In this document: positions 35,701 through 50,700 of the stretch, in pieces | How the letters are laid out: each line of letters begins with the position of its first letter | How positions within the stretch are numbered: position 1 is the stretch's first letter | NCBI RefSeq assembly: GCF_032191835.1 | Contig: NC_083227.1 | Coordinates: forward strand, 105,896,001 to 105,960,000 | Source: Heteronotia binoei | Taxonomy: Eukaryota | Length of the DNA: 64,000 nt | Direction: 5' to 3' | Program-made: the position numbers and the translations under genes | The notes under the pieces: model-generated | The model's input: the letters and a program-made list of their open reading frames with translations, nothing else | The model's database searches: none | Told to the model about the DNA's origin: nothing

Positions 35701-38700
35701 CCGTTTTCACAGGCTTCTCCCCGCCCCCAGCCAGCTGGCCGGCGGGGGAAGCCTCACCCCCTACAAGCTCCTGCAGGTCCGTTTTTAAAACATGTGCCTT
35801 TAAGCCTGAGCAGGAAGCAGGAAACAGGAAGGGCTTTGGAGAACGGCCCCTCCCTTTCTTTTGCTTTCGTTTTCAGATGAAGTAAAGTTCTGCAGGAACA
35901 AGACCCAGTAAGTATTTGTGTGTGAGAGAGAGGGAGGGGGCAGGGGATTCCCTGGTTTGGAAGCCCTTCCCCCGCTTTAGAAAGTGTGTGTGGGGGGGGG
36001 GAGGGAAATGTCTACTGGGCACTTTATTATTCCCTATGGAGAACAATTCCCATAGGGAATAATGGGGAATTGATCCACGAGTATTGGGGGCTCTGGGGGG
36101 GGGCCTATGTTTTGAGGTAGAGGCACCAAATTTTTAGTATAGCATCTAGTGCCTCTCCCCAAAATACCCCCCCAAGTTTCAAAATGGTTGGACCAGGGGG
36201 TCCAATTCTATGAGCCCCAAAAGATGGTGCCCCTATCCTTCATTATTTCCTATGGAAGAAAGGCATTTAAAAAGGTGTGCTGTCCCTTTAAATGTGATGG
36301 CCAGAACTCCCTTGGAGTTCAATTATGCTTGTCACACCCGTGTTCCTGGCTCCACCCCAATGTCTCCTGGCACCACCCCCAAAGTCTCCTGGCTCCACCC
36401 CCAAAGTCTCCAGATATTTCTTGAATTGGACTTGGCAACCCTACTTCAAGGATCTTTTTGTTGCCCCACTGAGAGTTTCTCATGCACTGATGTGGGGTAC
36501 ACCTAGGTTTCCCAAGTGCTCCTGTGCCATTTCAAGTTAGGAAAACAGCATAGGGGGACAGCCTTAAGTCTCCTCTCCTCACACAGAGTCCAAATCTAAA
36601 TAGGGTATGTGTGCCTGCCTTGGATTGACTTTCCAACAAAATACTTATGATATGTGTTTAATTACATGGATCCAGGGAGAACTATAATGTCTTTTTTTCT
36701 TTTTTTGCCATCTTGTAATTTTTTTATATCTTGTTATTTATTTTATTCCCCATCATGGCATAGCCAACTTATGGCAACACCATAGGATTTTCAAGGCATT
36801 GCTTGCCTCTGTGTGGGATCTGTGTAGGATCCCTGGACTTCCTTGGTAGTCTCCCATCCAAGTACTAACCAGAACTGACCCTGTTTTGCTCCTGAGATCT
36901 GACAAGATCAGGCTAGCCTAGGCTGACCAGGTCAGGGCACGTAACATCTAGTAAAGCTCTAATGTGGTTTAAATAGTGAGTGAGACTGGGTGTGCATTTA
37001 CCAGGCTCATCTACTTGAGAAGACCTGACAGGCCCTTTAATCAACACATTAACGCTAAACCCACAGACAACCAGTATTGCTTGTTTGTTGTGTCTGTACA
37101 CTGGTCAGGGGAAGGGGTTGGTTTCCTAGGGACAGACCCAGAGATGGCTATAGTGGAGTACCCATCCACCTGCGTTTGTGTCCCTCTTAAACCCAGGGAG
37201 TGAAACCTTCACTGTTTCCATGCTCTACCTTGCAGATCTGCTCAGGCTAAACAGTTCCCACCAACTATTAAACTCAGAGGATGACCTTGCATTCCAGTCA
37301 CTTCTTGTGGATGAGAACAGGGCATGGCTGATGGCAGGCGCTAAGAACCACGTATTCTTGTTGCACCTTGACAATCCCAATGAAGAGCCTCAGAAGGTCA
37401 GTACCAAAGGAGGTTGCCGTGTTCCCAATAACATATGGAGGGAGTTGGCTGCTTCAGCATTAGTGAAATCCAGAGGTCAGCATACCAGACCCCTCATTTT
37501 GCCAGACATTCTAAACCCACCGCTGGCCCTGAGCAAAATCCAACTTAATGTTCACCAGAAGGGTACACCTACTTTCTATTGTGCTGATTGTATTTTCTTT
37601 TCCAGATTTTCTGGCCAGCCCCTATAGAGCAAATGGAGCACTGTCGATTGGCTGGGAAGAATCCTGAGGTAAAGTGGGCTGCACAGAGACTTCATGGCTT
37701 AAGAAGAGGTGCTTCTGGGGTTTTTGAATGACTTGGTGAACTGTGGAGTTTTGGAGTTATTTACATATATATTTATATGGAACACTTCTCTCTTAGTACT
37801 ACTGTGGCACTAGCTCTGTTAGGGTTACCAGTGAGAAATTTTTGGAGATTTGGGGGCAGAGCCTGGTGAGGGCAGGATTTGGGGAGGGGCAGGACCTCAG
37901 TGAGTTATAATATATACAGAACTGATTTCTGTAGTGTGGACGTCAGTTCTAATCATAGGATATCTCTGCTTGGAGGTTGGCAACCAGTTTGGTGTAGGTG
38001 TCAGGCGTAGGTTCATTGAAGTTCACAAGTAAGCAGACTTGGGTATTTTGAAACAAAGTTGTCTTTATTGGATACTTCAGAGTTACTCCAGCATGGCGGT
38101 TATTGGAACTGATGGAGATCAGCTCGAACTATTGGCATTTAACCTTCTACATCAAAGCAATGGTTTCTACCCCGATTCCCAAAGCAAAAGGTTGCTTTGC
38201 ACATGAGACTTTTCCCCACGCTTCCCCCCCTTATCTTGTCCGTTGGTGGTTACAATTCCCAGAGGCAATGTCCTTGGGCCTCTGGAGAGGAGGTGAGAAT
38301 TTGGCACATACTGTATGCTTCAAAGGGATCTTGCCAACCTTTGATATTCATGGGAAGCGGCCTCTACTCTTCCCCCTCCCCCCTGGTTGTTCCCAGCTTC
38401 TATGTTAGTTAGCATTTCTAGGCAGCATTGTATATGGTTAGTAACAGCATTTCTTAATATCATAAATGAACAGAGCCTGACAGTAGAGGTTAAGAGCCAG
38501 CTTGGTGTAGTGGTTAAGTGCACGGACTCTTATCTGGGAGAACTGGGTTTTATTCCTCATTCCTCCACTTGCAGCTGCTGGAATGGCCTTGGGTCAGCCA
38601 TAGCTCTCGCAGGAGTTGTCCTTGAAAGGGCAGTTGCTGTAAAAGCTCTCTCAGCTCCACCTACCTCACAGGGTGTCTGTTGTGTGTGTGTGGGAGGGAA

Positions 38701-41700
38701 GGTAAAAGAGATTGTGAGCCACTCTGAGACTCTGAGATTCAGAGTATAGGGTGGGATATAAACCCAATATCATCATCAATCATCATCATCAACCCTAAGC
38801 CATATTCCGCATCAATAGCTTATTTAACGGTAAAAACTTAAAAGGAAAGAGAAATGTTTCTAAGTTAGTCAGTTTAACTGCTAAAGGTAACTTTTGAAGA
38901 TAAAAGTAGTCTTGAAATAAAATTGTCAAGCGCGCTCATTTCTGTAATGTATTTTTCTAGACAAAGAGCAGGTCACCAGCTCTCTATTGCTTCCCCCTTA
39001 TTTAGTCAGTGGTCAAGTAATAAATTCATCTGGCCCTAGGATGTTTATGCTACAGCCTGGCTGACATTACCTTCAAGTCGCCTCTCCCACAGTTTCACAC
39101 ACACAAACCTTATCTTCTCCCAGAGTAGTGTAGTTTGATGTTTCCAATAGTCTAAAATTCCTTAGTAATAAAATATAGTGGTTTAGTAACCATTGAACCC
39201 GTGACTCAAGCATGCATCTGTATGGTAACCTTTGATGATATCCTAAATAGCAACCGTGTAACTGTGTGTATGTCATTACTCCCAAGGCTTGTGTCCTTGG
39301 TACAGCTCCTGAGTTTCTAACAATAAAACTACTTTGATTTAAAACAAAGAACTGGTTATTGAGAAATATCAGTGCTTGACAAAAATGTTGCTGAGATGTA
39401 AAGTTAACCTTGCATTCTTTTTTCTTGTTCTTTTCAAAGAGTGACATGCAGGGCTTTTATTCTGGAAAAAGAGGTGCCAGAACTCTCAAGAGGGAAGTGA
39501 AGGAAAAACACATGGGTGTCCCTTATGAACTTTTAAACATTTTTTGAGAATTCTGTTTCCACAAAGAGGTTCCAGAACTCCATTCCACCATATTCCCTCA
39601 GAAAAAAAGCCCTGGTTTGTTTATAAATGAGTTATGGTAGTGGAAAGTGGTAACCCTATGGGATTTTCAGGGCAAGAGCTGTTCATGGGTGGTTTGGCAT
39701 TGTCTGGCTGGCTTCGCATCACATACCTGGTATTCCTTGGCAGTATTACAAATACTGACCAGAGGCAATTCTGCTTAGCTTTTGAGATCTGATGAGATTA
39801 GAATCATGGAGTTGGAAGGGACCTCCAGGTTCATCTAGTCCAACCCCCTGCACAGTGCAGGAAATTCACAAACACCTCATCCCCACACTCCAGTGGCACC
39901 TGCTTCATGCCCAGAAGATGGCAAACAAACCACCTTACAGAATCTCTGGCCAAACTGGCCAAGAGAAAAATTGCTGCCTGACCCCAAAGTGGTGAACAGT
40001 ATTTCCTGGGCATGTAAGAAAGAAGAAGAAGAAGAAGATATTGGATTTCTATCCCGCCCTCCACTCTGAAGAGTCTCAAAGTGGCTCACAATCTCCTTTA
40101 CTTTCCTCCCCCACAACAGACACCCTGTGAGGTGGGTGGGGCTGGAGAGGGCTCTCACAGCAGCTGCCCTTTCAAGGACAACCTCTGACAGGGCTATGGC
40201 TGACCCAAGGCCATGCCAGCAGGTGCAAGTGGAGGAGTGGGGAATCAAACTCAGTTCTCCCAGATAAGAGTCCGCGCACTTAACCACTACACCAAACTGG
40301 CTCTCCACAAGAACTAAGCACTGATGCAACCCATCCTGCCCTCCTCATAATCTGCCTAAGTTCACAGAATCTGTATTGCTGTCAGATGGCCATCTAGCCT
40401 CTGATTAGGTTAGTGTGGGCAATCCAGGTCAGGGCAATACTTACTATATATTATTATATATTATTAAATCCAGATCCTGATATCTGAGGCTAAACTACCT
40501 CAGATTCTGCTACACCTAAAACTGTAATGTTGATGCAATGGGCTCTGTACTAGGAACACTGGGACAAACCAGAGGTGTTCAAATAAAATCTGTCCTTTTT
40601 CTATGTCATTCTTGCTAGATGGAATGTGCAAATTTCATCCGCCTCTTGCAGCGTTTCAATAACAGTCACATTTTTGCCTGTGGAACAGGCTCCTATCAGC
40701 CCATGTGTGCCTTCATACAGCTCAAAGAGAGAGCGGAGGTGAGTTGCCAGAGACTTACCAAGAAGCAGTCATTTCAGACAGTGAGTTGTAGATGGGATGC
40801 CAGTGCTTCTGCACCCATCTTTGGGTGTCACTAAAACAAAAAAGATCAAGGGATAAGGTTAGGTTGACTTTCCAAATAGGGAGCAAATTAAAAAAAGGCC
40901 AAAAAACAGTAAAATATCTCCCATATCTGCAGAGAACAGGCAAAGCACTAATTGAAACTCTAGTTAATCCTTTCTATAGTAAGCAGCATGACTCAAATAC
41001 AGTGCTTAAATAAATGTGTCAGTCTTCAAGGCAACTTTAAGCCTGACTGATAAATTGTCTTTTCAACAGGAAGTGGGGGGGGGGGGGGAATCACCACTCT
41101 GTAAAGGTGCCTAGGATGAGTACAAAAAGTGGGGACCTAATCATTTGAGGTCTTCAAGTAGGACAGAAGTCTGCCATCTCTAGTAGCACCATGCCACCTT
41201 CTTCAATTTTGATCAGGCTTTTGCAGGTACAGATTGAAGACCAACTTCTGTTACAAATTCCTGATAAAATTGAAACCATAGACAGCTGTTGTTGGGGTGG
41301 CAGTGGGGCTAAACTACCTCAGATTCTGCTACACCTAAAGCTGTAATGTTGATGCAACAAATCAAATAATCACATGAAGCTGCAATTCTGTGTGTGTGTT
41401 TGTGGGGGGGGGGGATGTTCAGCTATGCTCTGTATCAAGAAGTACCTATAATCCAGTCATATTAGAATTTCCAATCACAGTAGAACTTTCTGGTAAATGT
41501 TTTGGCCATGTGAATGTCACAGCATGCCTGAAGATTTAGTTTGACTCTGATCATCAGCATCTTTAGCTATCAGGGTAAGATAAGAAAAAGTAAAATTTTC
41601 AACAAGTACTACTGAATAGTTCTGTCAGAAAAATCCCTGGAAAGGAACAAACAAATCCTCTGGTCCAAGCCCATGCAACAAGGCAGAACCATCCATCTAG

Positions 41701-44700
41701 TAGGTCTCTGCAGATCCATACACACAGTCCAGAGCACCAGTCACCACAAGCACAATGCAGAAAGATGCTTAGAAGAAAAATAATTTGTGTATGAGACTGG
41801 GTTGTGATTAAACTTAGAAGCCAGAATTGTTGGGATGCTTTTGCTTTACAGGGCAGGATGGTCCCTTTATGTAAGAATGGTGTTTCTGTTTGACTGATGT
41901 TTCTGGCATGGCTTATGCTTGAACTAAAAATTTCTCCTTTGGTTTTCTGCAGAAACCAGGGATTCCAGCTATGCAATTGGTGACTCACTCAATTGAATCT
42001 GGGAGAGGCAAATGCCCCTACAGCCCCCATGAGCCTTTCACGGGGCTGCTCATTGGTAAGAAGGAGGGCAAACAGACTAGTGAGAGAAATCTAGACAATG
42101 CAGTGGTAGAAACATTAAAAAAAGGAATCCAGCAGATGTTACCAGCTTTGCTTCCAGCAAAGGCTTCTAGAATCTGTATCCTGGTGACTATCCATGTACC
42201 TGTGGATTTTGCTGCCGTAATCTTTCCTCGTTGTGACTCCTTTATGCCAGGAAAAACTTCATCTATTGAATTTCTGCTGATTTAAAAAAAAATGCAGGGG
42301 GGAGAGATAGCAACCATATATGCCTTCCTTAGCCAGTATCTTTTCCCTCACTAAATTGTGTGTGAGGGAGCAAGAGACATCCTTTAAAATCCAAAGGAAA
42401 GAAAAGGAAAGGTCCCGTGTGCAAGCACCAGTTGTTTCCAACTCTGGGGTGACGTCGCTCTCACAACGTTTTCATGGCAGACTTTTCAAAACACAGATAC
42501 AAATTTTCTTTCAATATATCCTTTTGTTTGGTTATCACAGATGGGGAGTTTTATTCAGGTGCATCTGTTGACTTCATGGGAAGCAATGCTGCATTCTTCC
42601 GCACATGGCTTGATAGGTCTGACCAGAACTACATCCGGACAGAACAGAACCATGATAATTGGTTAAATGGTAAGTGGGTTATGTTGGTGGTGGAATAGTC
42701 TGCTAAGAAAGTGGTTCCCATAGGTGGTGGTAGACCTGCCATTGTCCTATATTGAACTTTTCAGATGTAACATCGATAGGGTTAGAATCCGAAGAAATTT
42801 GGTGCAAGCTTCCACCCAGAAGACTCCAGATAACAGTAACTGGGTCCTTTAGAAAGCAGCACTTCACCACTGGTGCCTCAGTTATAGCTATAAAGGGCCT
42901 AGGTACATGTTCTGGAGCAGGTCACGGTGGAAGGTTAACTGAGTTTTAGGAGGAGGAAACAGATTATGAACTTCCACGCCATACACTAATGAGTTTAGTT
43001 TAGTTATCCTAAATCACAAAAGGACTGATGATGTCTCTTAACCATTATAGATTTTTCTCCTGAATGAGCTTTAATGGCTTTAGGGAACTACCACCATCCC
43101 TGTTGGCTGAAGAGAAAGGACAGATGTATGCTTCTGTGAAAAGGGAGTGCAGTTTGGATGCTGGAAGAGACAGAGGCGTTCACGTTGTGAACCACCTAGA
43201 CCATTTTTCATTTTTTTATAGACTTCTCTGAGATTGAAATAGCACCCAATACTGTTTATTTTTTTAATTATTCTGTAATTTTATATGTTTATGATTGAGG
43301 TTTATATCGTTACTGGTTTTTATTGACTTTTATTAAATGTAAGCCGCCTTGAGCCTGTTTCAGCAGGGAGAGCGGAATATAAACTGAAAAATAAATAAAT
43401 AAAAATAGTCCTTTTTGTTTCAGAGATATACCTACACACTTCAGCTGTGATCTTTCCAAAAAGATTGTACCAAGCCAGGTTTGGGAAATATTGGAGTGCT
43501 CTCTTCTTCACTCTCTGGGATAATGTGGGATAGTAGATCTGCTGTCTCATAGGACTCCCTCTTTGCCTCCACACATGTTCTACTTATACAATTGTATTTA
43601 TATCAGATACTACAAATAAGCCTTCAGTGTTCTTTCCTCCAGTCAGTAAAAATGAATTCACCAGCTGGATAAGGAAGCTACACCAGACACTCATTCCTCC
43701 GTGGAGTCTGGCACAGTAGCTTATTACTGTTCTAGTTTCCCCATGCTGCAAGTAGCAGTTCTTGCAAGATTATAAGCTTTTTCTAGCCAGCAACAGCCCA
43801 TAACATTCCTATCTTTTTTATAGCAGCACCATTTTATATAGCACTATGATGACAATAATCTGTGCTCTTTATGATCAAGACCACTGGAAGGGGGTAAAAG
43901 ACTCTGAATAATCTGCTCTGCCAACATGTTGATTTGTGCCTAAATTTCCCTCTTCACAGAACCTGTGTTTATTGGTGCTTTTGCCATTCCTGACACCTAC
44001 AACCGTGATGATGACAAAGTGTACTTCTTTTTTCGAGAAACTGCCGTAGAAGCTGGACAGTGGGAGAAAAGACGCATCCATGCCCGGGTTGCTCGGGTCT
44101 GCAAGGTCAGCTATAGCAGCCACTTGAAGGTGCCAACTCAGGCTCTGCTTAGCCTATAGACATTGTTGGCTGAACTGCTCTGAATATTTAGCCTTAGCAT
44201 CTGCAAGGACTGTACTATTAACAGTGTGGGGCTTATCTAGGACTGCAGATGAGAGGCTGCCAGCAAAAGCCTGTGAGGAGAGTACATTAAAAGGTGTATT
44301 TACCTTTTCTATGGTTTCTCCATACAGGTTAAGTCCCATCTTTCTCTACCTTAGAACATGGGGACCATCTGAGATGAGCAGTTATTCCCAAGACTGAATA
44401 GTGTACGCTGACAACCAATCTGTAGTTTATGATCCATTTTTGGGAATGTGTCCATGTGAACTCATTGGGGTTTACTTCTAAATAAACATGCATGGAAACA
44501 TGCCTGAATGAAAGAAGGTGAAAATTGCCGGGGGGGGGGGGTGATCTAGGATCTGAGAAGATTTGGGTTTGTACTCCACTTTTCTCTGCCCTAAGGCATC
44601 TCAGTGGCTTACAGTCACCTTCTCTTCCTCTCCTCATAACAGGCACCTTGTGAGGTAGGTGGGGCTGAGAGAGTTCTGAGAAAATTGTGACTGGCCATCC

Positions 44701-47700
44701 CTGCTCTGTTACAGAAGTTTGAAGGGTGACACAATCACTTACTAATGTATTTAACAGCCTCATAGGGATGCTGTGAGGATAAAATTGAGGAGAGGAGAAG
44801 GACATAAGGAACTTTGTGTCACTTTGGGGGAGAAAGGTGGGGTATAAATAAAGTAAGTAAATAAATAAACCTACCATTTCCCAGAGCAGTTGTCAAAAAA
44901 GGATAGACAGTCCTGACTTTCTGCTAATGCTTCACTGGAGGTGCTGTTTCTAAAGTCAGGAGTCAGTATGACAGTGTGGTTTGTGTGGTTCTAGGACTGG
45001 GGGAGACCTAGGTTCAAATCCCTATTTGGCTATGAAGCTCACTCAGTAACCCTGGAACTGTCAATCTCTCCTAACCTTCCTCACAAAGGAGAATGAAAAT
45101 ATGGAGGAACCATGCCTTGGAGAAGTGATGGAATAAAAATGTAGACGGTAGATAGATTTGCATTGGTAGAGAACCTGATGTGACCCTTACAGAACTGCTC
45201 TCAGTCAGAGCTCTACACAAAGAGGCCATGAGGGACATTAAGATGTCTTCTTACTCCTTTGTGGTTGGCAGAATGATGTTGGTGGAAGGTACAGCCTTAT
45301 CAACCGTTGGAGTACATTCCTAAAAGCCCGGCTAGTTTGTTCAATCCCAGGTCTGCAGGGCACTGCAACTCACTTTGATCAACTGGGTAAGTTTGCGTTA
45401 TTTCATATTCTTTGCTGGGGCACTACAGCCTATAACTGCACTGCCCATAATCTCTTCTCCACCATAACTAGTATTGTGTAGATTCTCTGACTGCACTGCA
45501 CAAATGTGGCAATTGGCTCAGTATTCAGCAACATTTATAAAAGCAACCTGTAGCTGTAATAAAGGAAGTCAGTTACAAGCTTGGTAGATAACCATGGAAG
45601 CAATATGTGATCAAAACGTGGCAGCAGAAGGCTGAGCAAGATTTTCAGTGGTAAGTAGTAAAGTAGTATGTGGGGCATCAGAGCCCACAGATCTTGTTAC
45701 CCCTCAATGTCAGAAGCAGAATAAATTATGTAAAACAAGCTTGCTTAGTTTGCATAATTTATGTAGGTTGCAGAATTTCATCTCTCCTAATACATAATTT
45801 TATTTTTTTTTTGCAATGGAGCAGATCTATTATTCTGATTGTAATCTTGCAATTGCCCCTGTTCTCCATTCCCTGCACACCCTAGCTTTACCTGTAGCTG
45901 CTGAAGAACCTGCAGAGCTGGAGATGTTGGTTCTGGAACTGTCAGTCAAAGGTCACATGTACAGGTGAAAAACTTGACAAATGGTCTCCCTTCCTGAGGA
46001 GCTAAGTATCTATGATTGTCCTAGCTGTCTGAGCGGATTATCTTGTGTTTTTGTTTTATCCCCTGCAGAAGATGTTTTTCTCCTTCACACCCGCAATTTG
46101 CAGAACCCTCTAGTTTATGGCCTTTTCACAGTATCCAGGTTAGTAGAAATATGAACAACGCACACAATGAAGGAAGTTAGATAATTGCTTTTGCATTGGT
46201 CCGCTGTGCTTCTGTATGACGGAGTGTATGACAACATATCATTTTATAGAGTGTGCTTGTGCCTCACATAGGTGTAGATGGAACAGTTGTCTTGTGCAGT
46301 AGGTACTGTGGCACTGATTGGAAGATCTGAGCAGGGGTCCTGTACAGTTGCTCTATACAGCTGAACAGATTTGGTGAAGTGGGGGTGGGGGTGGGAATAC
46401 ATTTGGAGCTAAATTTTTGTGCAGTCAGGTAGATGAGACTTAATAAGAAGATAAAAATCAATATAAAATGACAATGAGTGCTGCCCCCTCCTCTGTCATT
46501 TTTCCTTCCTTCCTTTGTGTTACAGCATTAATAAAAGTTTTGTACTGGTTGGCCAGTTCCTGGTAGCAGGAGAAAGCACTGTTTGTGTTCCATGTTCCAA
46601 AGCACTGTTTATGTGTTCCAAGACACAATGATAATGAAGCTATTTAAGGAATGTAAAAATGCTGGTTTGTGTTTAACAATTGCAAGATCATCTAGGCGTT
46701 TGGGGATCGAGGTCCATGAATAAAAATGAATTTAGGCTCCTCTGTGCACATTTTTAGTCTCTCTTCTAATCTTTATGAAAGTTACTGGGCCTACCATAAC
46801 ACAGACATGTCCTTTGTGCTGATTTATGGATCTGTAGCATTAGTAGAAGATGTTTTTAGGGTTTGCCAGTCAGTGTGCCCCTGTCCTTTTCTTTCCTAGT
46901 GGCATTTTTAGTGGCTCTGCTGTGTGTGTCTATTCCTTGGCAGCCATTCGGGCTGCTTTCAATGGGCCCTTTGCACATAAGGAAGGCTTGGACTATCAGT
47001 GGGTGGAATACAAGGGAAGGATCCCCTATCCTCGTCCAGGAACAGTACGTATGTAAAACACAAAGTCCAAATTCTCAGTTAACCTTTTCTCTGTCTGCTG
47101 CACAGACACATAGACAATGGTTACTGTAACCCACAATTCAGCCATACTGTGAATGAGACATGACAATTATTTATGACAATACAAGGAGGGGAGGAATTGC
47201 TGGAGGGGTGAACAGTTTGGAAACTTTACAGTTATACTGCATTACCTGCCTACCTAGAGAGCCCTTCAAGTCTGTGGAGGCTCCAACCATGCCTGATGGT
47301 GGCCTGCTAGTGCTGCTTTTGTGATTGATACATGGACCAGCCACTTTACTATTAGCCATAGTGATGATTAAGTACAGATAAAACTAAAGTAATGTCAGAG
47401 CAATGCCAAAGGGGTCATGGCTCAGTGATAGAGCATCTGCTCAGCATGCAGAACGACCCAACTTCAATCCCCTGCATCTCCAGCTAGAAGAGTGATGTAA
47501 AAGGGTATGCCAGTCTCCACAGCAGGAGGGGGAATTGGTAAAAATCCCCCCGCCTCTTCCTTCCCTAGCAGAAATTATTTTTCACTGGTGAAAAATAAGT
47601 ATTGCCTCCAGGCCTATGCAAGAACATTGTAAAAGCTCCCAAATGCCTCCCCTCAGTTCCCTCATATAGGGAGACTGCAAACGTTCACCATTGTCTGTGG

Positions 47701-50700
47701 GATGTGTGTTCCCATACACAGCAAGAGAAGCTGTCCCCTCATTCTTGCCTTCTGGAATGGCCTGCTGAGATCCTGAATCCTCTCTGTATGCAGAAAAACA
47801 AAAATGTATTAGATTCAACATTTAAGCAGTATATTCCACAGTATATGCCAGCCTGTTACTGCAGTTGAAGCAAACTGTGAGATAGTGGTATCATGGAAAA
47901 AACTAAAGGCACAAGAGAAGTTGTTACTGTGTTGTATTTTAATGTTGTGCCTTACACATCCATAGGCAACAGCGTACAAAAACCTAGACCACAAATTGAT
48001 TAGTTTTTGTCATCTTCCTACTACAAAATGGCAAGATTGTTTCTTGTGGAATTGAATGTTCACACACTTACAGTTTTTAACATCTTCATTCTCTGTCAGT
48101 GTCCCAGTGCAACGTACGACCCACTCGTCCAGTCAACAAAAGACTTTCCTGATGAAGTTATCAGTTTCATGCGTACCCATCACCTGATGTGGGATCCGGT
48201 TTATCCACTCCACTGGAAACCTGTTCTGATGAGAGTCAATGTGCCTTTCCAAATCAAGCAGCTCGTAGTGGACAGGGTGGAGACAGCATCTGGACATGTT
48301 GATGTCCTTTTCCTTGGAACAGGTAGAGAGGTCCTAAGCAACAGTGCCTCACAGTCCTTGTTACATACTGCATTTTAAAAATACCCCACCCTTTTCAGAT
48401 TCTGCATTCCAGCTCAGCAAACTAAAGAAGGTGAGGATAGGTATACTGTCCGAACTCCACTGATGAAAAATAAGTATTACCTATTGGAAGCAAGTGTGAT
48501 GTAAGAGCTAGAGTGCAGGACTAGGACCTGGCTTCAAATTTCTACTCAAGCCATCAAGCTTAGTTTCTCTCAGCCTGATCTAGATGATGATGATAGTGGA
48601 AAATCCTGCATACTATCCCAAGCTACATAGAGGAAAAGTCAGGAAAACATGCACTACATATATAGCTATTGCATTGTGTTCCAAAGGAAAGTGATAGTGG
48701 CACTCAGTAGAATCTAAGATTCCAACAGGCCAAGAAATTTGGGATGCCTTCCACTGGATGAACTCTGTGCTATAACTTAGCTGACATACAAGGAAGGGAG
48801 TCCTGCTGAATTCTAAGTTCTTGGTTCTAGGAATGGTCTTCTTCTAAGTTAACTCGGTTTTAGGAATGATCTGGAAGGAGGGAGGGTTTGTTCATCCTTG
48901 TAACCAAGTTTCAGTTGGTAATCGATACACTGGGATTTAGGGCACATCTAGACTCAATATAGGCATGACCCAACTTGGTTCATGCGGAAGCCCCATAAAC
49001 TGTTGATAGTGGCAGGGCGTTTAAAGTACAACTTGGATGGATCAATGGATGGGAGGAACTTGACCCTTCTCCTGAAATGCTTTTGCTTCAGCTGTTTTCC
49101 TCCTTATGGGATGGGTTATATGGGATAGACTTCCTGCTGAGGAGCAATTTTCCAGCCAAGCATGCTGTGTTTTACACAACCCCCCCCCCCACATCTTTAT
49201 AGGGAATCATTTGCAACTCTGTTCTGAAATGTGATTGTGACACTATCATGTCTGGTTTGGCCTTGGGTTCTACTCCAGCAGCATGAAGTATCTGTATGCT
49301 TCCATGCTATTGGTTCTTGCTATTGCTTATTAACACCAGTAGAACTAAAGGAGTTGTTTGTTTGAAAGGTCATTTTGTAAGTGAAGCACGCATCCAGCTA
49401 ATAAAAATCAGCTTCTCTAAAGAGAATTTAAGATCCTGAAATATAAATACAAAATTATATATACAAAATGTACAGCAGGTTTCCATTTGGCTAGAAGTCA
49501 CTGGAAAAATCAGCTCAGTTCTTTGCAGCTATCAAAACAGCGTTAGCGACTCTTAGCACAAAAATGAAACATTAACAAAGAAAAATATCATAATAGTGCT
49601 GCATAAATATTCTTCATAAGTCCACATCTTGGTCTCAGCATGCAGTTCTTCCAATCATCCCCTCTCAGGAAAGAGATATCACAGCAGGAAAATGTGTGGA
49701 AAGGAACAACACGATGATTATGGAATAACTTCTACATGAGGCTGTTCCAGATAGGAAAAAATTACACAGATGTTTGCTCAGCAGTGCTGAACTCCTGAAT
49801 GTTAAAGTGTTTGTACTGATTTTTGAAAATTTCTCATTCATGCTTTAGAGAATGAGAGGTTGCAGATGCCCAGAGCTTCAATAATTGTTTTAGACAAGGG
49901 AAACATCTTAATTCCAAACCTATATAAGGAGTTATCGAGGCAGACTTGGAGCCAAGGTGGGGTGTGTATGTGGGGTGGGGGAGAGAATGGCAGAGGGAGT
50001 GGAGATAACAGTGAAAGCTTTCCACTCCTGTGGCTTGTGTTTCAGTGTAGAAAAAAAGCTAGCAGTTCCCTAAGATGGAGTTGCTACCTTACCACTTCAG
50101 TTTAACAGCACTCAAGGTAGACAATTGTAGAGCATGTAGATAAGCACTATCTGAAGAAGCACCCAATGAAACAACAAGCTGGAGTTGAACTCAACAACAT
50201 GGCTCCCTAGTTCTTAGGTGGGATTACACAATCCACACATATGAAATAAATGAAAATAACCCTGTTGCCACTGCCTTGTATTAATAAAACTCTGGAAACA
50301 TGCCCAATCTTCTGAATTTTACATACATATATTCTGGCAACTGGCCCTGAAGCTGAGGAGGCATCCGGGCTGTTCTTGATTTTTTTTGGCAGGCCTATTC
50401 CTGGTAGTGTTTTGGCACAACAAACCCTTGACCTAGCTGCAAACAGAATGGGAATCAACACTGTTCCCATCTGTTTTATTCAGTTTGCCTGACCCTTGCC
50501 AACCACTCCATTTGGAGCAGCACCTGAAAACAGCCAACTCTAGTAGGCCATGGGCATCTTTCCATCAAAACTGAGAGCTGTTTCATCTAGTCCTCAGGTC
50601 AAGCAATGGCCCTCTGCATTATGGAATGAGAGGAAAGCCATTGCTGGGTTCCAGATTGCAAACATATATGCCTGCAGCCTGAAAAAGAATGCAAAGACCC

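Noticed and set aside
36340-36412. CRISPR-like repeat array (CTCCTGGCTCCACCCCCAAAGT units)
   Set aside because: Head-to-tail tandem units inside a eukaryotic MITE, with no unique spacers and no cas genes.
38493-38570. tRNA genes (A/B-box heads at 38493, 40240, 47412, 33420)
   Set aside because: No cloverleaf; each is followed by a SINE body and tail.
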